Assembly: GCA_022813965.1 (NCBI GenBank)
Contig: JALDZS010000209.1
Span: forward strand, 1-39,403
Reading direction: 5' to 3'
Source of the DNA: Toensbergia leucococca
Lineage: Eukaryota
DNA: 39,403 bases
The notes below the pieces were generated by a model. That model was not told the DNA's origin, made no database searches, and worked only from the letters and a program-made list of their open reading frames with translations. The position numbers and the translations under genes were made by a program. Of the stretch, positions 1 to 12,276 are shown one piece after another. Within the stretch, counting starts at the first letter, position 1. Each line of letters begins with the position of its first letter.

Positions 1-318
1 GATACTCTACTACCATGTCTTGAACGACGAGAGCCACGAACAGAAAAAGGTGCAACCTCTTCATATATTCTCATGACACTCTTATCATTCCAAGTAGCTT
101 GTTGATTACCCAATTGACTATCCTATCCTATTAGCTAGCCATCGACAATCTTCCAACCATAAAAGCGAAGACAACCATCACTCGGCCATTTGGCCAGCAG
201 AAATCAGAAGGGTCAAAAAATGCCATCCGTCGCTTACCCAACCCGACCGAAAGAATGCAACCAATATAGATGAGAATTATGGGAATTCGAGTAAATGTGG
301 ATGAAGGGGATGGAATGC

Positions 319-2021
319 CTAGTCTTTCCAATCCCAGACCTGCTTGAGGAAATGTTCCATGTTGACTTTCTTGCTTCGCATTTCTACTATCCAAGGATGA
401 TCCAGCATCCGCCAGGGCGTAGCACGGCGCGAAGCTTCTTTCTCAAGGCTATGCAATGTGTTTAGCACAACTCCGACCAAGCAAATTGGAAGACTATCAA
501 GGCACAACGGGAGAACGATGACGTACCAGCATTCGATAAAGTACTTGAAAGTCTCGCTCCATTTGATCCCATGCTCGGGCTCATCCTTCAACTTAGGGAT
601 CGCTTGCCTAACGATATAAGTTAACAGATCGATCAGTCCGGCTCTGGGCTGCATCTCTGTGCCATCAGCTGGAAACGGGAATCGATGCTGGGCGACTTCG
701 AGAAGCGTGACTCCCAAAGACCAGACATCTGACGTAATAGTATAAGATTGACCCGTTATACGTTCTGGAGCCATGTAGTAAGAAGTGCCGATGAAGGTGT
801 TTGCGTCACCTTTGGTGCTGAATTCGCCGCTGACGCCGAAGTCGCAGAGTTTGACTTGGCCGTTGCGGCAGAGAAGAATGTTTGAGGGTTTGATGTCTGA
901 TATCCTGTTATTTGTGGACCCACGACGAGGAGACTCCGAAGGCTTACCCCTATGGATGATCTTCAGACCGTGCAGATACGTCAGGCCGTTCAATACACCT
1001 TCTGCCACCTTCCCTAATACCTTCTCACCAGTCCTACCACCAAGCTTCTTGACTTCTCGATATACACTATCTAGACTACCACCTTCACAGTATTCCATTG
1101 CTATTGATATAGTCCCCGTCGAGTTATCCACAAAGGCTCCATAGTAGAGGCAAATGTGATCTGAAGCGCAATCTTTGTTGAAGGCCAGCTCCCGTACTAT
1201 CTGTTTTTGAACATCTGGATTTGGGTCGGTAGTGATTATCTTAAGGGGTAGTCAGTAAGAAGAAATCCTCAATTAGACTAATACCATACCTTGAGCGCGA
1301 ACACTGTTTTACCACCCTTAATCATACACCTCGTCACAGCACCCCCAGCCCCTTCCCCTAGGCTACCCAATTCCAGGATCTTCTTACCCTCACTTGCCGC
1401 TCTCCATCCATCATCGTCCAAATCTTCCACGTCGAGGGGCCTTCCCTTCTCAAGGCTTAATTTTTCCAAATCGGGAAGAGCATGATTGCTCTGGGCTCTC
1501 TCCATTGCTACGCCGCTGTCAATTGGGCCTTGATCTGAATAAACCGAGCTTATTGCTGAAGCGGGGTCTGGTGTTCCGGTCGGATGGCGAAGACCAATCG
1601 CAAAGGACAACGCAGAAATAGAAGATGAAGATGCTGATGTCGGCCCACTCGCTTTGCCGTCCACCATTGTGAAACTGTCAGATCTGGAGTGTCCACTTCC
1701 ATCGCTACCGCCACTCGCGGAATTCCCAATATGTGGCTGTGGTGCCGGGCGACTGTTGAGTTGGCTATTCCCATCTTGTGGCGTGGAGCTGCTGCCCATT
1801 GGTGTTGCCAGTCGTAGCTGAGGAGGTGCAGGCCGTGACGATGGGCGTTGGATCTGTGAAAGTGAAAGTGCTGGAAGATCGGGTAAGCTGCCATTGCCCG
1901 CGATCGGTTTCTGACTAGGAGATGGAGGAATGGCAAGTCCCAAACGTGGTGTGCGAGCACCTGCACTGCTTCGGCTTGCACCTGGGATAGGAGGGCGTAA
2001 GAGTGGGACTGGAGAAGACAT
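319..2021 (-). CDS. MKK1: MAP kinase kinase of the cell-wall-integrity pathway (Mkk1/Mkk2/MkkA family); 4 exons
   Basis: N-terminus [11 protein letters not shown] (ATG at 2021; an upstream in-frame ATG lies at 2069). Kinase motifs GEGAGG, FALK, HRDIKPSN (after splicing), [29 protein letters not shown]-terminus [14 protein letters not shown] introns at 1240-1289, 897-947 and 449-526 restore the frame. Confidence 0.95.
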
Positions 2022-3757
2022 GACCTTGGGTTTGTCGGCGTCGACTAATTTTTCTTGATCCCCATTCATCCCAATTCAAGGAGGTGGTGATTCCGCCCTC
2101 GAGGGTAACCAAGAATGGCTGGGTACATCCACGTTTGGGATGACTGTACCTGTTGTACGGAGTAAGGGCAAAGAAGATCTATCCCAATCAAGTTGACTTG
2201 ACGGAGAGGGTAATGCCAGTTGAACTGTAATGTAGTTGCAGCTTGTTTCCAGTATTGACTTTGCTTGCGTGCGACGATAGCAGAGATGTCCTGTGATTGA
2301 AGGCTTGGAGTTGGCTGCCCCGCGTACCTGCCTCGTTCGATGAACGAGGGGAATGGCTGTAGCTAACCGGAGGATGTTCGTGCGACTGAATCGACAATGT
2401 TACACTTGATCAGAGGGGTTTTGAAATGAGTGATGAAAGCGATGAGAAACAAAGTAAGAAAGGTCCTCATGCATGGAACGTGCCGTTTGCTGTGCGTTTC
2501 ATCATCTCAAGTTGGAGAAAGGTACTTGTACCTTGCCCTTTCTATTCCGCTTTGCCGTTTCGACGTCCCCGCGAGTGCCGCTAATATCAGCCACACGATG
2601 TCACAGTCACGAAGATCCGTTTCAGAAGGCGCTGATAAGTCCACTGGGAATCTGCTCATGCCTGGTCTCGTTCTCGTTGATTCAACAATCCTCCACTGAA
2701 GTCAATGAGGTCTGGCTCGTTCTCCATGTATGGGCCTCCTCGGCCAAGGATCAATTTTTCAAATGGATACATTAACTTAACTACCAATCTGCGGACGTTC
2801 GCACACTTTGATACTCTTAGGTCACAATCATTCTTTTCAGCCTACAGCCCTGAGCCGTTTACATCTTGCCACGTCTTACAGGTACTAAATCTACCTCACT
2901 CCGTACAGTATTAGGTACTTCGAGAGTAGCAACCAATATGAACGAATTAAATTTCCCTCGTCACCATCTTTTGTATTGTAAGTCTACTTATGTATGTCAG
3001 ATGAGCCTCGACGTGAGTTAGAATTTTGACATTGGAAGATACCTAGTGCAGGTAAGAAAGCTCATCCACGGGACTACATCGGACATCCGAGGCCATAGCA
3101 GGTAACCTTGTACCCTCGTACCCTCGTCAACCTAACGGTCCTGCCGACTTAGCCCTAGAACTTTCTGCCTCGCTAATGCTTTTTGATATCGTATTGCGGC
3201 AAAGAGGAAGGCAATCAGGCAGCTATGATGGTGTATGCGCTGTCCTCAGCCTCAAGCCTTGAAGACAGACTACTCTGCCATTAGGTATCAGCACTTGTGA
3301 GACGTCGGCTGCAACACGGCACAGGACGATATGCTGCCTCTGCTTCCGCTATAATCTTGGCGAGTGAGCATTGGATTACTGATTCATTGTAAATCTACTC
3401 CGTAAATAATATCGGGATCTTGTCAAATTGTCGGCTATCAAAATAAGATTGGAAAATCATTAATGTGAGGAAGGGACTTGAACTTTTCCTCTACCGAGAT
3501 TCTTGTCATGTTGACCTTTTCTGGTTGTTGGAAGCTGAAAGTTGAGAACGGATTACTCGCAGAGAGTCAGCAACGTATGTAGCTTTGATATCGTTGTTAC
3601 ATGGCTTGGCAACCACACATCTGAACATGAACACAATCTTGACCACAGATCTGTCTTCCGTTTTTAATTAGTCGTCGCCCCTTTTTTGAAAAATATATCC
3701 TGTCTTCATTTAGAAACCCAATTGCATCATCCCGACTACGTTAATCTGGAAAACACA

Positions 3758-4943
3758 ATGCGTCCATCAATTACCATCGACAACTACGAGGAATCTAACA
3801 CCACAAAGGCTCCTGCCATCACGTTTGATCCTTACAAGGGGTCCAATGATGGCTATAACATGGTCAAAGGACAGAGCTCCCAGAAAACTGATCTCACAGC
3901 TGCCCTAATCGAGGTTACTCACTTCGGTGTATATGGTATTGATGAGGACTACCTTCGTGCCAACATTGTCTTGAGCCATGACGGTGCAGGTATCGTGAAG
4001 AAAGTTGGCTCTTGCGTTAGAGCCGCCAAAGTCTGTAATAGGGTTGGGTTTGGCTATGTTCATAAATGCTGTGAGTAGTGTGAGCCGTATCTCAGCGGTG
4101 AGTACTGAAGTTACCAGAAGAGAGGTGACAAATTGAGAAGTATCAATAGGTCAGAATGTATTATGAAAATCATACAGAATATGAGTTTAATGATACAGAT
4201 CAAGGGTCCTTTGATACTTATGTGGTATGGGATGCAGAAGCTCGGTTTATCATCCCCGAAGGCCATCGCTCTGTCCACGCAGCGCCATTATTCTGTGGTA
4301 GGGCGTCAATATGGAGTCCACAAGCCATCTATGGAGTCAAAGCCAACAACCGAGTCGGCATCGTAGGGGTCGGGGGACTTGACCATCTTGGAGTCCAATT
4401 TGCTGCTAAGATGGGTTGCCAAGTTGTCATGTTCTCAGGCACTGAGTCTAGAAGAGAGGAAGCAATGGCTTTTTGGGCGAGAGAATTCCATGTTACGAAA
4501 GGTGTTTCGGATTTGAAGCATGTAAAGAAGCTCAATCATCTCCGTATCACGATCAGCCAACAGCCTGAGTATTCAATGTATATCTCGTCAATTTTATATG
4601 TTACTTGTGAAGGACTCACTCACATGACGCTTAGGTACATCCTGAGAATGGCAGCTGAAGGGTCAATCTACCCCATCACCGTTAGCTTTGACAAGTCACC
4701 CATCTCAATGCTATCGCTACTGCGGAGGGCCTTCATGTCCAGGGATCTGTTGACGTGAGTCGCAATCAAATAAGAAAGATGCTCCATTTTGTCGTCAAGC
4801 ACGATATCAAGCCGACGATGATGACCTTGCCGTTGAAGAAAGAGGGCATCAAAGAAGCCATGAAGACTCTCCGAGAGGGTCGTATAAGATACCGTGGCGT
4901 TTTGGAAGCAGCAGGACAAGATGATCCCAATGCGAAGGCTTGA
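3758..4943 (+). pseudogene. Degraded Zn-dependent (CAD/Adh6-like) medium-chain alcohol dehydrogenase
   Basis: MDR motifs are recognisable but damaged: GVYGID (for GVCGTD), LSHDGAG (for LGHEGAG), CCE*CEPYLSG (in-frame TAG 4076-4078 in the structural-Zn loop), GVGGLDHLG, GRIRYRGVL. Frameshifts at about 4155-4160 and about 4720 (shifted frame reads AEGLHVQGSVDVSRNQIRKML). Introns at about 4088-4149 and 4578-4634. Confidence 0.85.
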
Positions 4944-5975
4944 TGTACTACCAATAAGAAACACTACGACTGGCGGACATATCTTTTAGTCTCGGATGGC
5001 AAGGACGCTTGAATATTGAGAACTTAGGTCCGGCATCTCTGAAGTAGACTGGTTGTATTCGAAGAGGCTAGATAGCATCGTCTACATACCTTTATCATTC
5101 ATTAACAAAGCTATGAGAGAAAAGGGTTCAATAGTGACACAAAAATTTGAGATCCTTATCTCCTTACCTATTCGTTACCGACGCACTGACATCCCTTCTT
5201 GATACTTTGACACAACCCATCTCCGCAGCGCTAGGAAGGATCATCTATAACTCATTCTCTTCACCTCGATGCTTGTGTCATACCTCTTTTGCACTAGAAA
5301 TCCATCATAACCGGAGGGTCTGCATCATGCCTTCAACCCTCTGAATTCTGATCAAATCATCCTTTTTTTTTCCGGAACGTGACTTAGCCTTATTTCGGTA
5401 CGTACCTGACATTAGCTGCCTTTTCTCCCTGGAAATTTTTCCTATGTATCGCCTAGTGCCTTGAAAACCTCCCACATCTCTTAATTCTCTGCTGCATGTC
5501 TACGTTTTGGCATTTTCTTATCTCAACTTTCATCTTCGATGATGGCTTCACCCGAATAGCAGCATGGGATTCTTACCTTGGAAAATGAGCCCTCCTGTGT
5601 ATGTTCGCCTTTGGCTTCACTCCTCTCGTCTTTTCAGGGTCGGTAGCTGCTTTTGCTTTGTTTGGACTTCACAGGTTCTTTCTTCGCCGCCGAATGAAAG
5701 CGAGGTATTTCCAGCGCCCCGCCATTTATGTATTTGCTATTCTTTGGCCTATTTACTTTGGGTATCGTCGGATCGAATATTGTCTATTCCAATCACGGTT
5801 TCAATTTCTTCCTCTAAAAATGCCGAACAGTCCTCGTACATACGCACGTATATAAATGAGGAAGCTCAACACTCGACTTGACTCTCCCTCTACAGCACAG
5901 ATAGACTAGACAGTCGCACTTATCTTCAGTGCCAGACATTCCTTTAGATTACCATGTTTGAACAGTCTGGGCTTT

Positions 5976-6425
5976 TTAACAGTCCATCTCATCTCTCATG
6001 TTAAGACTCTTCGTATCGAGCTATTGGCGAATAAAAGCATCGATCAGTCGCTCATCCACCGTTGCTATGATTCTTCTCGGTAACCTCATGCTCAACTTGT
6101 TATCCGGCGTCTCTGGAATACTGTTGTCTCCAAGTTATCAAAACATGACCTCGGTCATCTCGCAATCCGTCGTATATATCACTGTATTATCAACATCTTT
6201 CTGCAAAACCCTCATCTCCACAACAGTTTCATCATTTTAATTTGTTTCGCACTCAGTTTCGGATACAATATTGAGTAAAGCTGAACCCAATGGCCCGACG
6301 CTGCTACCCTCTTGAACCTCTTTGGTATCTAGTGAAACGCACACGTCCTCGGTAACATGTTCGTCAGGGACTCCTGTGAGACCAAAAGGTACTCCGCACT
6401 CCTCAATGCCATGATCAGCAGTATC
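5976..6425 (-). pseudogene. Acidic ORF relic of unknown family
   Basis: One D/E-rich minus-strand frame (DTADHGIEECGVPF...ETECETN*NDETVVEM...VDERLIDAFIRQ*LDTKSLNMRDEMDC) with stops at 6237, 6138, 6135 and 6021. The + ORF 5998-6240 is its antisense shadow. Confidence 0.35.
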
Positions 6426-6619
6426 TACTCAAATCTCCTCTATTCAACCTCAAAACCGTTTCGACCACACTTTCGTTACCAAAAGAAACCCAGGCGGTCA
6501 GTGTGATGGAACACACGTCATGTGTTAATGACCATGACCATATAGCAAAAATTGCAGGAGCAATCGTTGGAGGCCTTGGTGGAACAGCAATTGGAGTCAG
6601 CCCATTTGCTTAACTAGCT

Positions 6620-7381
6620 TTGGAAATGTCTCAGAAAATCTACGTGCAGCTGGTATTGTTGGGGAGACCTAGAGAGGACAAAGCTGTGGGGAGAATTTTC
6701 CGTCATGTGGCGAACAGCCATTCTATCTTTGCTGAGAAAAGTCAGCCGCAGCCGCAGCAGTCGTCGTTGCCCGAAGATGTTTCCAAGTCTGTTGAACATC
6801 CTCATGCAAATTCGCTGGGACAGTCTCACGACGAGCCAGATCAAGGCCCAGCGGCTACATCAGCTCAAACGCATCCCAAGACCAAGGTAGCAGAAAAAGT
6901 TGCCAAGGCGCAGCGACTCAAGGATTTACAAGAGCAGCGGAATAAAGTTGACAGGGTCGCAGATCTCCCAAAGGTCAATGATGACGAGGCCGCACATCTC
7001 CCAAAGGAGAAAGATACCAAGGTGGCGACAAAGGTAGAGGAGGAGGAAGAACAAAGCTGAAGAAACGAGAAAAGCCGCTGCACTGGAAGAGACCCGAAAC
7101 GGCGAGAATCCATCAAGAGGAGTGGGATCTACGTGAGGCTGAAGTCGCAAGAAAGCTCAAGGAGGTAATAGATGCTCAGAATGCGAGAAATGCCGCTGCG
7201 AGGAAATACGAGCAAGAAGCGATGGAAAGAGAAAATGCGGGAAAGGATAGGAAGTTACTTGTTTCTGATTTAGGGAGGGGGGGTAGGGACGACCTTCTCA
7301 CTGAGGGAAAGTCTGATTCGTTACCCGAACATATCTGCTAGCTCCCCATCAGTACCGCTGCTGCCGCAAGCTAATGTTTAG
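6620..7381 (+). pseudogene. Charged/coiled-coil orphan ORF, frameshifted
   Basis: ORF 6620-7060 is K/E/Q-rich. Similar composition continues in shifted frames (KAEETRKAAALEETR; HQEEWDLREAEVARKLKEVIDAQNARNAAARKYEQEAMERE) to TAG at 7379-7381. Confidence 0.4.
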
Positions 7382-7800
7382 GGAACAGGAGGCGGTACCA
7401 AGAATTGACATGTCAGCTTGTGAAAGCTTTATCTCGATGTTTTATAGTGCTTGATGTTTCTCGTATACTTCGTTGTCCTGCTGTTGAATTGCCTGCCTTT
7501 TTCTCTGCTGGTAATCAGTATGATGTGTGTCACGTCATGACATTATTTGATTGACTGCCTTTTTACTCCACTGTTCCTTGCTATCATAGATATATACTAT
7601 ACTATTCTGCAATGAAGTTGTCACTTGCCACCGTAATCATCTATATCCTTCTTCGCCGACTGGAGTATCTCACAACTACCTCGTCCGAGACCAGACATTG
7701 ACACTTTCATCATAGACAAGGCCTTTCTTTAGTCCGGCCTTGAACAGACGCGACCATGCATAGGTCTGCACGTCACTGCATAAGCGCAGTGCTTCCGCAA

Positions 7801-9081
7801 CTAATCATACTGCAGTTTGCATTTCTTCTGCTCGGCTACAGGCGTTACCAAGGTACCGCTCTCGACCGCACTGCGCAAGTTTTCAATGACCAAAGCCTCC
7901 ATTTTATACTGCAATTTTGTCAACAGATTTCCCAGTGCCCGGCATATTTGAGACTTGATCACGTACCTGAGTCTCGTAGGTTGCAGTACCAATATGTGGT
8001 AGAAGTATCACAGAGCCGTTGTCTACCAGTCCTTTATGTATCTCCGGCTCCTTTTCATAAACGTCCAATCCCGCACTGAACACCTTACCAGAGTTAAGAG
8101 CATCGACAAGTGCCTGCTCGTCAATTATAGGGCCCCTCGCCGTGTTTATAATGATTACGCCGTCCTTCATCATACCAAACTCCTTTGAACCAATCAAATG
8201 CCGGGTAGCTTGAGTAAGGGGCAGATGCAACGATAATATATCGCTAGTCCCAAGCAGCTCTTCGAAAGAGACATAACTTGCGCCAACAAGGTTCTTCTCC
8301 GGTCCTACTGGTCGCCGATTGTGGTATTGCACCTTGAAGTCGAAGCCGGCAGCGCGCTTAGCAAAAGCGCCGCCTATACCGCCCATGCCTAGAATCCCCA
8401 GAACCTTGCCCTCGGGATCAAATCCAAGGCCCATACGCCCTCTCCACTCACCCTTCCGGAGGGCAACAGACGGGATCCATGCACGACGAAGTGCCCCGAG
8501 AAGCAAGTACATTGCTACATTCGCTGTAGCGGCGTCGGCTGCCCCGGGGGTATTGGAGACAGCGATTCCTAGATCGCGAAGACTGGTAAGATCAAAGTCT
8601 CTTGGCATGAGAAGAGGGACAGCAGAAAGGTTAGCAACCTCTTTTGGTGCAAGCGTCGACGTCAATCTGATCGTAGCCGGCACCATTGTGCGATATGAAC
8701 CTTACGCTTCTAGGCAAAAGAGCCAGAAGCTCCTCATCGAATCTTCCCGTTATCTTTTGGCAAGTATTTCAGCTCGGATCTGTGATCCAGTCAAACATGT
8801 CTTGGGCAATTCACCTGGAGCGAATCGAATGTCCGTGAAATGGCGAGCACGCCATCATAGATACCAGCTTGGCAGTCGCTGAGAAACTGTGCCCGGCTCC
8901 CTCTGCTATATCTCTGCCAAGCGAATCAAGGTATCAGTACGATGGTGGACAATTATTGAACAATCTGGCATCTTACTCGGAGCTCTGCTATGCTAGAGAG
9001 GGCGTTCCATTCCGCCTTAGCATAGAAGACCTTCCCAAGTAGGAGCACGATCGGTGGCGGGCATTGCGGGTACGACATCAT
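7801..9081 (-). CDS. D-isomer-specific 2-hydroxyacid dehydrogenase (glyoxylate/hydroxypyruvate reductase-like); 5 exons
   Basis: The spliced product reads MMSYPQCPPPIVLLLGKVFYAKAEWNALSSIAEL..., ISHNGAGYDQID, VSNTP, GILGMGGIG (Rossmann), INTARG, GLDVYEKEP, LPHIGTAT. Introns 8914-8976, 8754-8814, 8569-8638 and 7909-7966 give a continuous frame. Confidence 0.92.
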
Positions 9082-11690
9082 GAATGGGAAGAAAGGTGGG
9101 CACACATTTCTCCGACTTGAAATGTCTATTTATTGATCTCCACTTTACCTTGGCATGATAACCATGACCCTGATGCCATTACACCTAGAGGTACAGATCG
9201 CGGGGGGTTGCTACTCAGCCTGGCCAACCAGAGACTCAGTCACTCCTGGCCTGAGAAGACTTGACAGTGACAGAATTGTCGGAAGCGGGCCGTGCCGTTT
9301 CTTTCTGACAGTGTCACGCTCTCACCCAATCGAACACATCTACCGATGATCACGAGTGGGGGTCGTTCGGGCGGACAGAAAGTTTGTGATAGGAACATGG
9401 TCAACTCGTCTTTGAAAGTCGCACAAGCAAGACCTCATTTCCGAAATCGTCGATCGATACCGGTCTCTATGCCTGTACATCACGTCAGCGCCAATTAGAG
9501 CCGCTTTGCGCCAAAGGAGAAACGATGGCATGTATTCTCGTGATGGAGATGGCATTTAGAGAGATTAGCGTTGTGCTGCGAAAATCGCCCCCTTTGGCCC
9601 TTCTATCTCCGTTCAGTCGTTGGATACCGATATGGATTCTCGAGGTAGCTAGGGCCGCTATCGAGCCTATCACAATACTAGCTTTGGTGGCTACCTTGTT
9701 CGCCTTGCTAAATGCCGTTAAGCATTCCAAATTTACGACGGAAAAGCACTACAAAGGGTAAAGGAAACCAAATAACACCCGCGAATCACACGCCTTGAAT
9801 TTTTAGACTCCTGACGACTTCTGTCATACTGCAGCCCTCAAGAGCGATCTCGAGGAGACGGCCATTCGGAGCAAATGAGTAGTTGCATATGTCTATCGGA
9901 TTGAAAACTGATGACATCTTCCATCTGGGGGCTTGAAGCTAGACCAACTACCGAGGTGGAATCTGGGTCATGAATCATTGGAGCCATAACGGGCCAGATT
10001 GCCTCGATTGCCTACGCATCACTAGCGCTATAAAAGTCGGTACCAGTACCTCGACATTTTCTGCTTCCCAGGATTGTACATTCCGGTGAAGTCAAAAGTC
10101 TGCCCCTGATCTACCATAACCACTAAGAATATCTCCAGCAATTCCAAAATTGCATCTACAGATCAGCAGGATTCATACTTCTAATTCTCGGAAGCACGAG
10201 TTTTGAGAGAAAATCCCCCACTGATTGGTAATGAGTCTATTGTTTTTCACACCACACCATCTTTCCCGCAATCCTCCGCACCTTCTCCTCTAGCTTTCCA
10301 GATCGACCTTTTTCTTTTTCAACCCCAGTCAGGACATGTCGTGGCTGATCAAAATTAATGTCCGAGCGTCGCCGTCGAAATTTTGCGGCACGTAGAAATG
10401 GGGACCGTGGAGGAGATTGGTCCTTGGGTCCGTTGATCATGTCTGGGCCCTTGGTCGAGAGATCTCATCTGACGCAAAGCCTCCCACTTTGTTAATCTCG
10501 ATTTGTTTCGTCTGCATCATCTTTGTCTACATCTTGGTACGCTACCGAGCCTATTCGCTGATCTGCAGTGTTTGTGGCGGTGCCTAGTTTACTTTTTCGA
10601 GTGTTTACATCACGGAAGATTTGACCGTTTTTGAGATTGAGGAATCGAGGTATCGTGACGCCTTTTCAAAGGGTTCTTCTGGCTGTACTATGACTGCGTA
10701 TGCAATTACGTTTCTGTTCTGCTCTATACCTTGATCTTGACGCTTGGTTGGTTGGATATATAGTAAGTGATTTCAATACTTGAAAAATTTCTTTCATTCG
10801 AGTGTTGTTCTGGGTGTGCAAAATACATCTGGATTGATAATTTTTCAGCTGGTATCACTAGTTTCGTTTTCCTTTGCATATACCTGATGAGATTTTCCAA
10901 AATACCGTACAGAGCGTCCGCCAAAAAACCCTAACATCATTTAATTAGCACATGCGTGATGGATTGCAAGCTGTACTCTCAAATCCCCATTTCCAAACCC
11001 CAACGACCTCCAGCCCGCACGGGCTTAGAACCATCCCCACCAGCCGACCGTGCATCTCGATTATAGACCGCAGATACATTTCCGGTCTCAGCCCAACTGA
11101 TCTAGGGCAATTGATCAAACCGGGAAAAGGAAGTGCAAAAGCCCCCGTTGGCTCGTGCTCACTTGGATTGAACCCACCTATCATCAGCTACACAAATGCC
11201 CCCCGTTGTCCACTCATGCACGAAAATTTCAGCCAGACCAACCTCCCCCTCCCCCTAATCTCTAAAATCATCAAGAATTATATACCCCTCCACCACCAAT
11301 ACACAAACCCCCACCCCCAGACTCCTCGGACTCGCAAAACCTCTCAGTCGATAAGACTCGAATTGCTAACGATCTAATGTGGATGGGGGGAGTGGCTAGG
11401 TAAGCTATGTATATAGGTCAGTATTCGCCATGGACTCAATTTGCCCGAAGCGTGAAGATCAGGTCTTCCTATCAGTACGCACAGCCTGCGCTTAAGATGC
11501 GCATTTCTCGGACGCTCTGGAATAAGTATATTTGCGCAGGCGCGTGCGAGTATCATCTCCGCATCCTCGGCCGAATTTTTTTTCTACTCTGGGATGCGAC
11601 TGGATTTTTAGGGGAGGAGATGATGAGGGAGTATGGGTTTTAGACTGATGTGAAGGGCACAAAGGGGACAGGGAGAGGGGGATTGGTACA

Positions 11691-12126
11691 CCGCATTATT
11701 TGGTATATAAGACAGTACCTGTTTTATTAGATAGCACTACCACATAAGGGAGGGTTCTAATTGATAGTTTTGCGACCTGAGGGACTTTCTTGTCTGTAAG
11801 GTAGTAACAGGTAGAATTATTCTTGATTCACCTCACTCTCCCCTCTTTCTTTACCTCATTGTTTGCTACCTATGAGCTTTTCACAATGAATGGGCCTTTA
11901 ACCTTTTAAAAGGCGTATGAAGTGAAGTTGTTGAGGTGTAAATGGGTAGTTGGTGGGGGTGAAATGGGGTAGGATGTATGGCTTTTTTCGTGATTATTCC
12001 TGGCACGCCTCCTATAAGATAGTACTTGTTTATAAGATAGCATTGTCTTATAAGGGAGGGTTCTAAGTGGCTACAAGACTATGAGTTTGCTCATGGCGTT
12101 ACTGTCTTATATACCAGATATTGCGG
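11691..12126. mobile_element. MITE-like non-autonomous DNA transposon (436 bp, 27-bp terminal inverted repeats)
   Basis: The left end CCGCATTATTTGGTATATAAGACAGTA (11691-11717) matches the reverse complement of the right end (12100-12126), CCGCAATATCTGGTATATAAGACAGTA, at 25 of 27 positions. The right flank is TA and the left flank is CA. The interior is AT-rich and non-coding. Confidence 0.75.
11706..12066 (+). repeat. Diverged direct repeat of about 55 bp inside the MITE (11706-11760 and 12013-12066)
   Basis: tataagacagtacctgttttattagatagcactaccacataagggagggttctaa versus tataagatagtacttgtttataagatagcattgtcttataagggagggttctaa. Confidence 0.85.
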
Positions 12127-12229
12127 TATCACTTTTTGGACGCTAGTCATGTGCCAGAGCTTTTTTTGTTACTGGGCTGTGGCTCCTATCCTTTGGACCA
12201 AAGTCTCGGGTGTTGCTAGATGCTCGTAC

Positions 12230-12276
12230 TGTTTTATTTGTTTTGTTGATTGGTTGTCTGTTTGTTTGTTTGTTGT
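12230..12276. repeat. Imperfect (TTTG)n/T-rich microsatellite
   Basis: tgtttttatttgttttgttgattggttgtctgtttgtttgtttgttg. Confidence 0.6.

Noticed and set aside
449..947. Apparent insertions inside the MKK1 kinase domain (GKPSESPRR..., WYVIVLPL...)
   Set aside because: They are in-frame GT-AG introns of 51 and 78 bp read through by the ORF finder.
785..1144. Long antisense ORFs over conserved genes (also 8319-8882, 19690-19992, 21289-21627, 35899-36273, 36757-37203)
   Set aside because: These are shadows of codon bias on the opposite strand of well-supported genes and have no motifs of their own.
2155..3403. Recurrent TACTCCGTA-like words and a short gtaccctc duplication
   Set aside because: Short scattered motifs of a kind common in fungal intergenic DNA; no larger structure.
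5564..5881. Overlapping hydrophobic small ORFs
   Set aside because: T-rich composition explains the hydrophobicity, and there is no recognisable motif or gene structure.
9062..9064. ATG just upstream of the hydroxyacid dehydrogenase core, suggesting a frameshifted start
   Set aside because: It is out of frame, but in-frame ATGs at 9081 and 9078 give an intact gene.
9155..10700. Cluster of short ORFs on both strands
   Set aside because: No recognisable domain or consistent frame; a decayed gene cannot be excluded but is unsupported.
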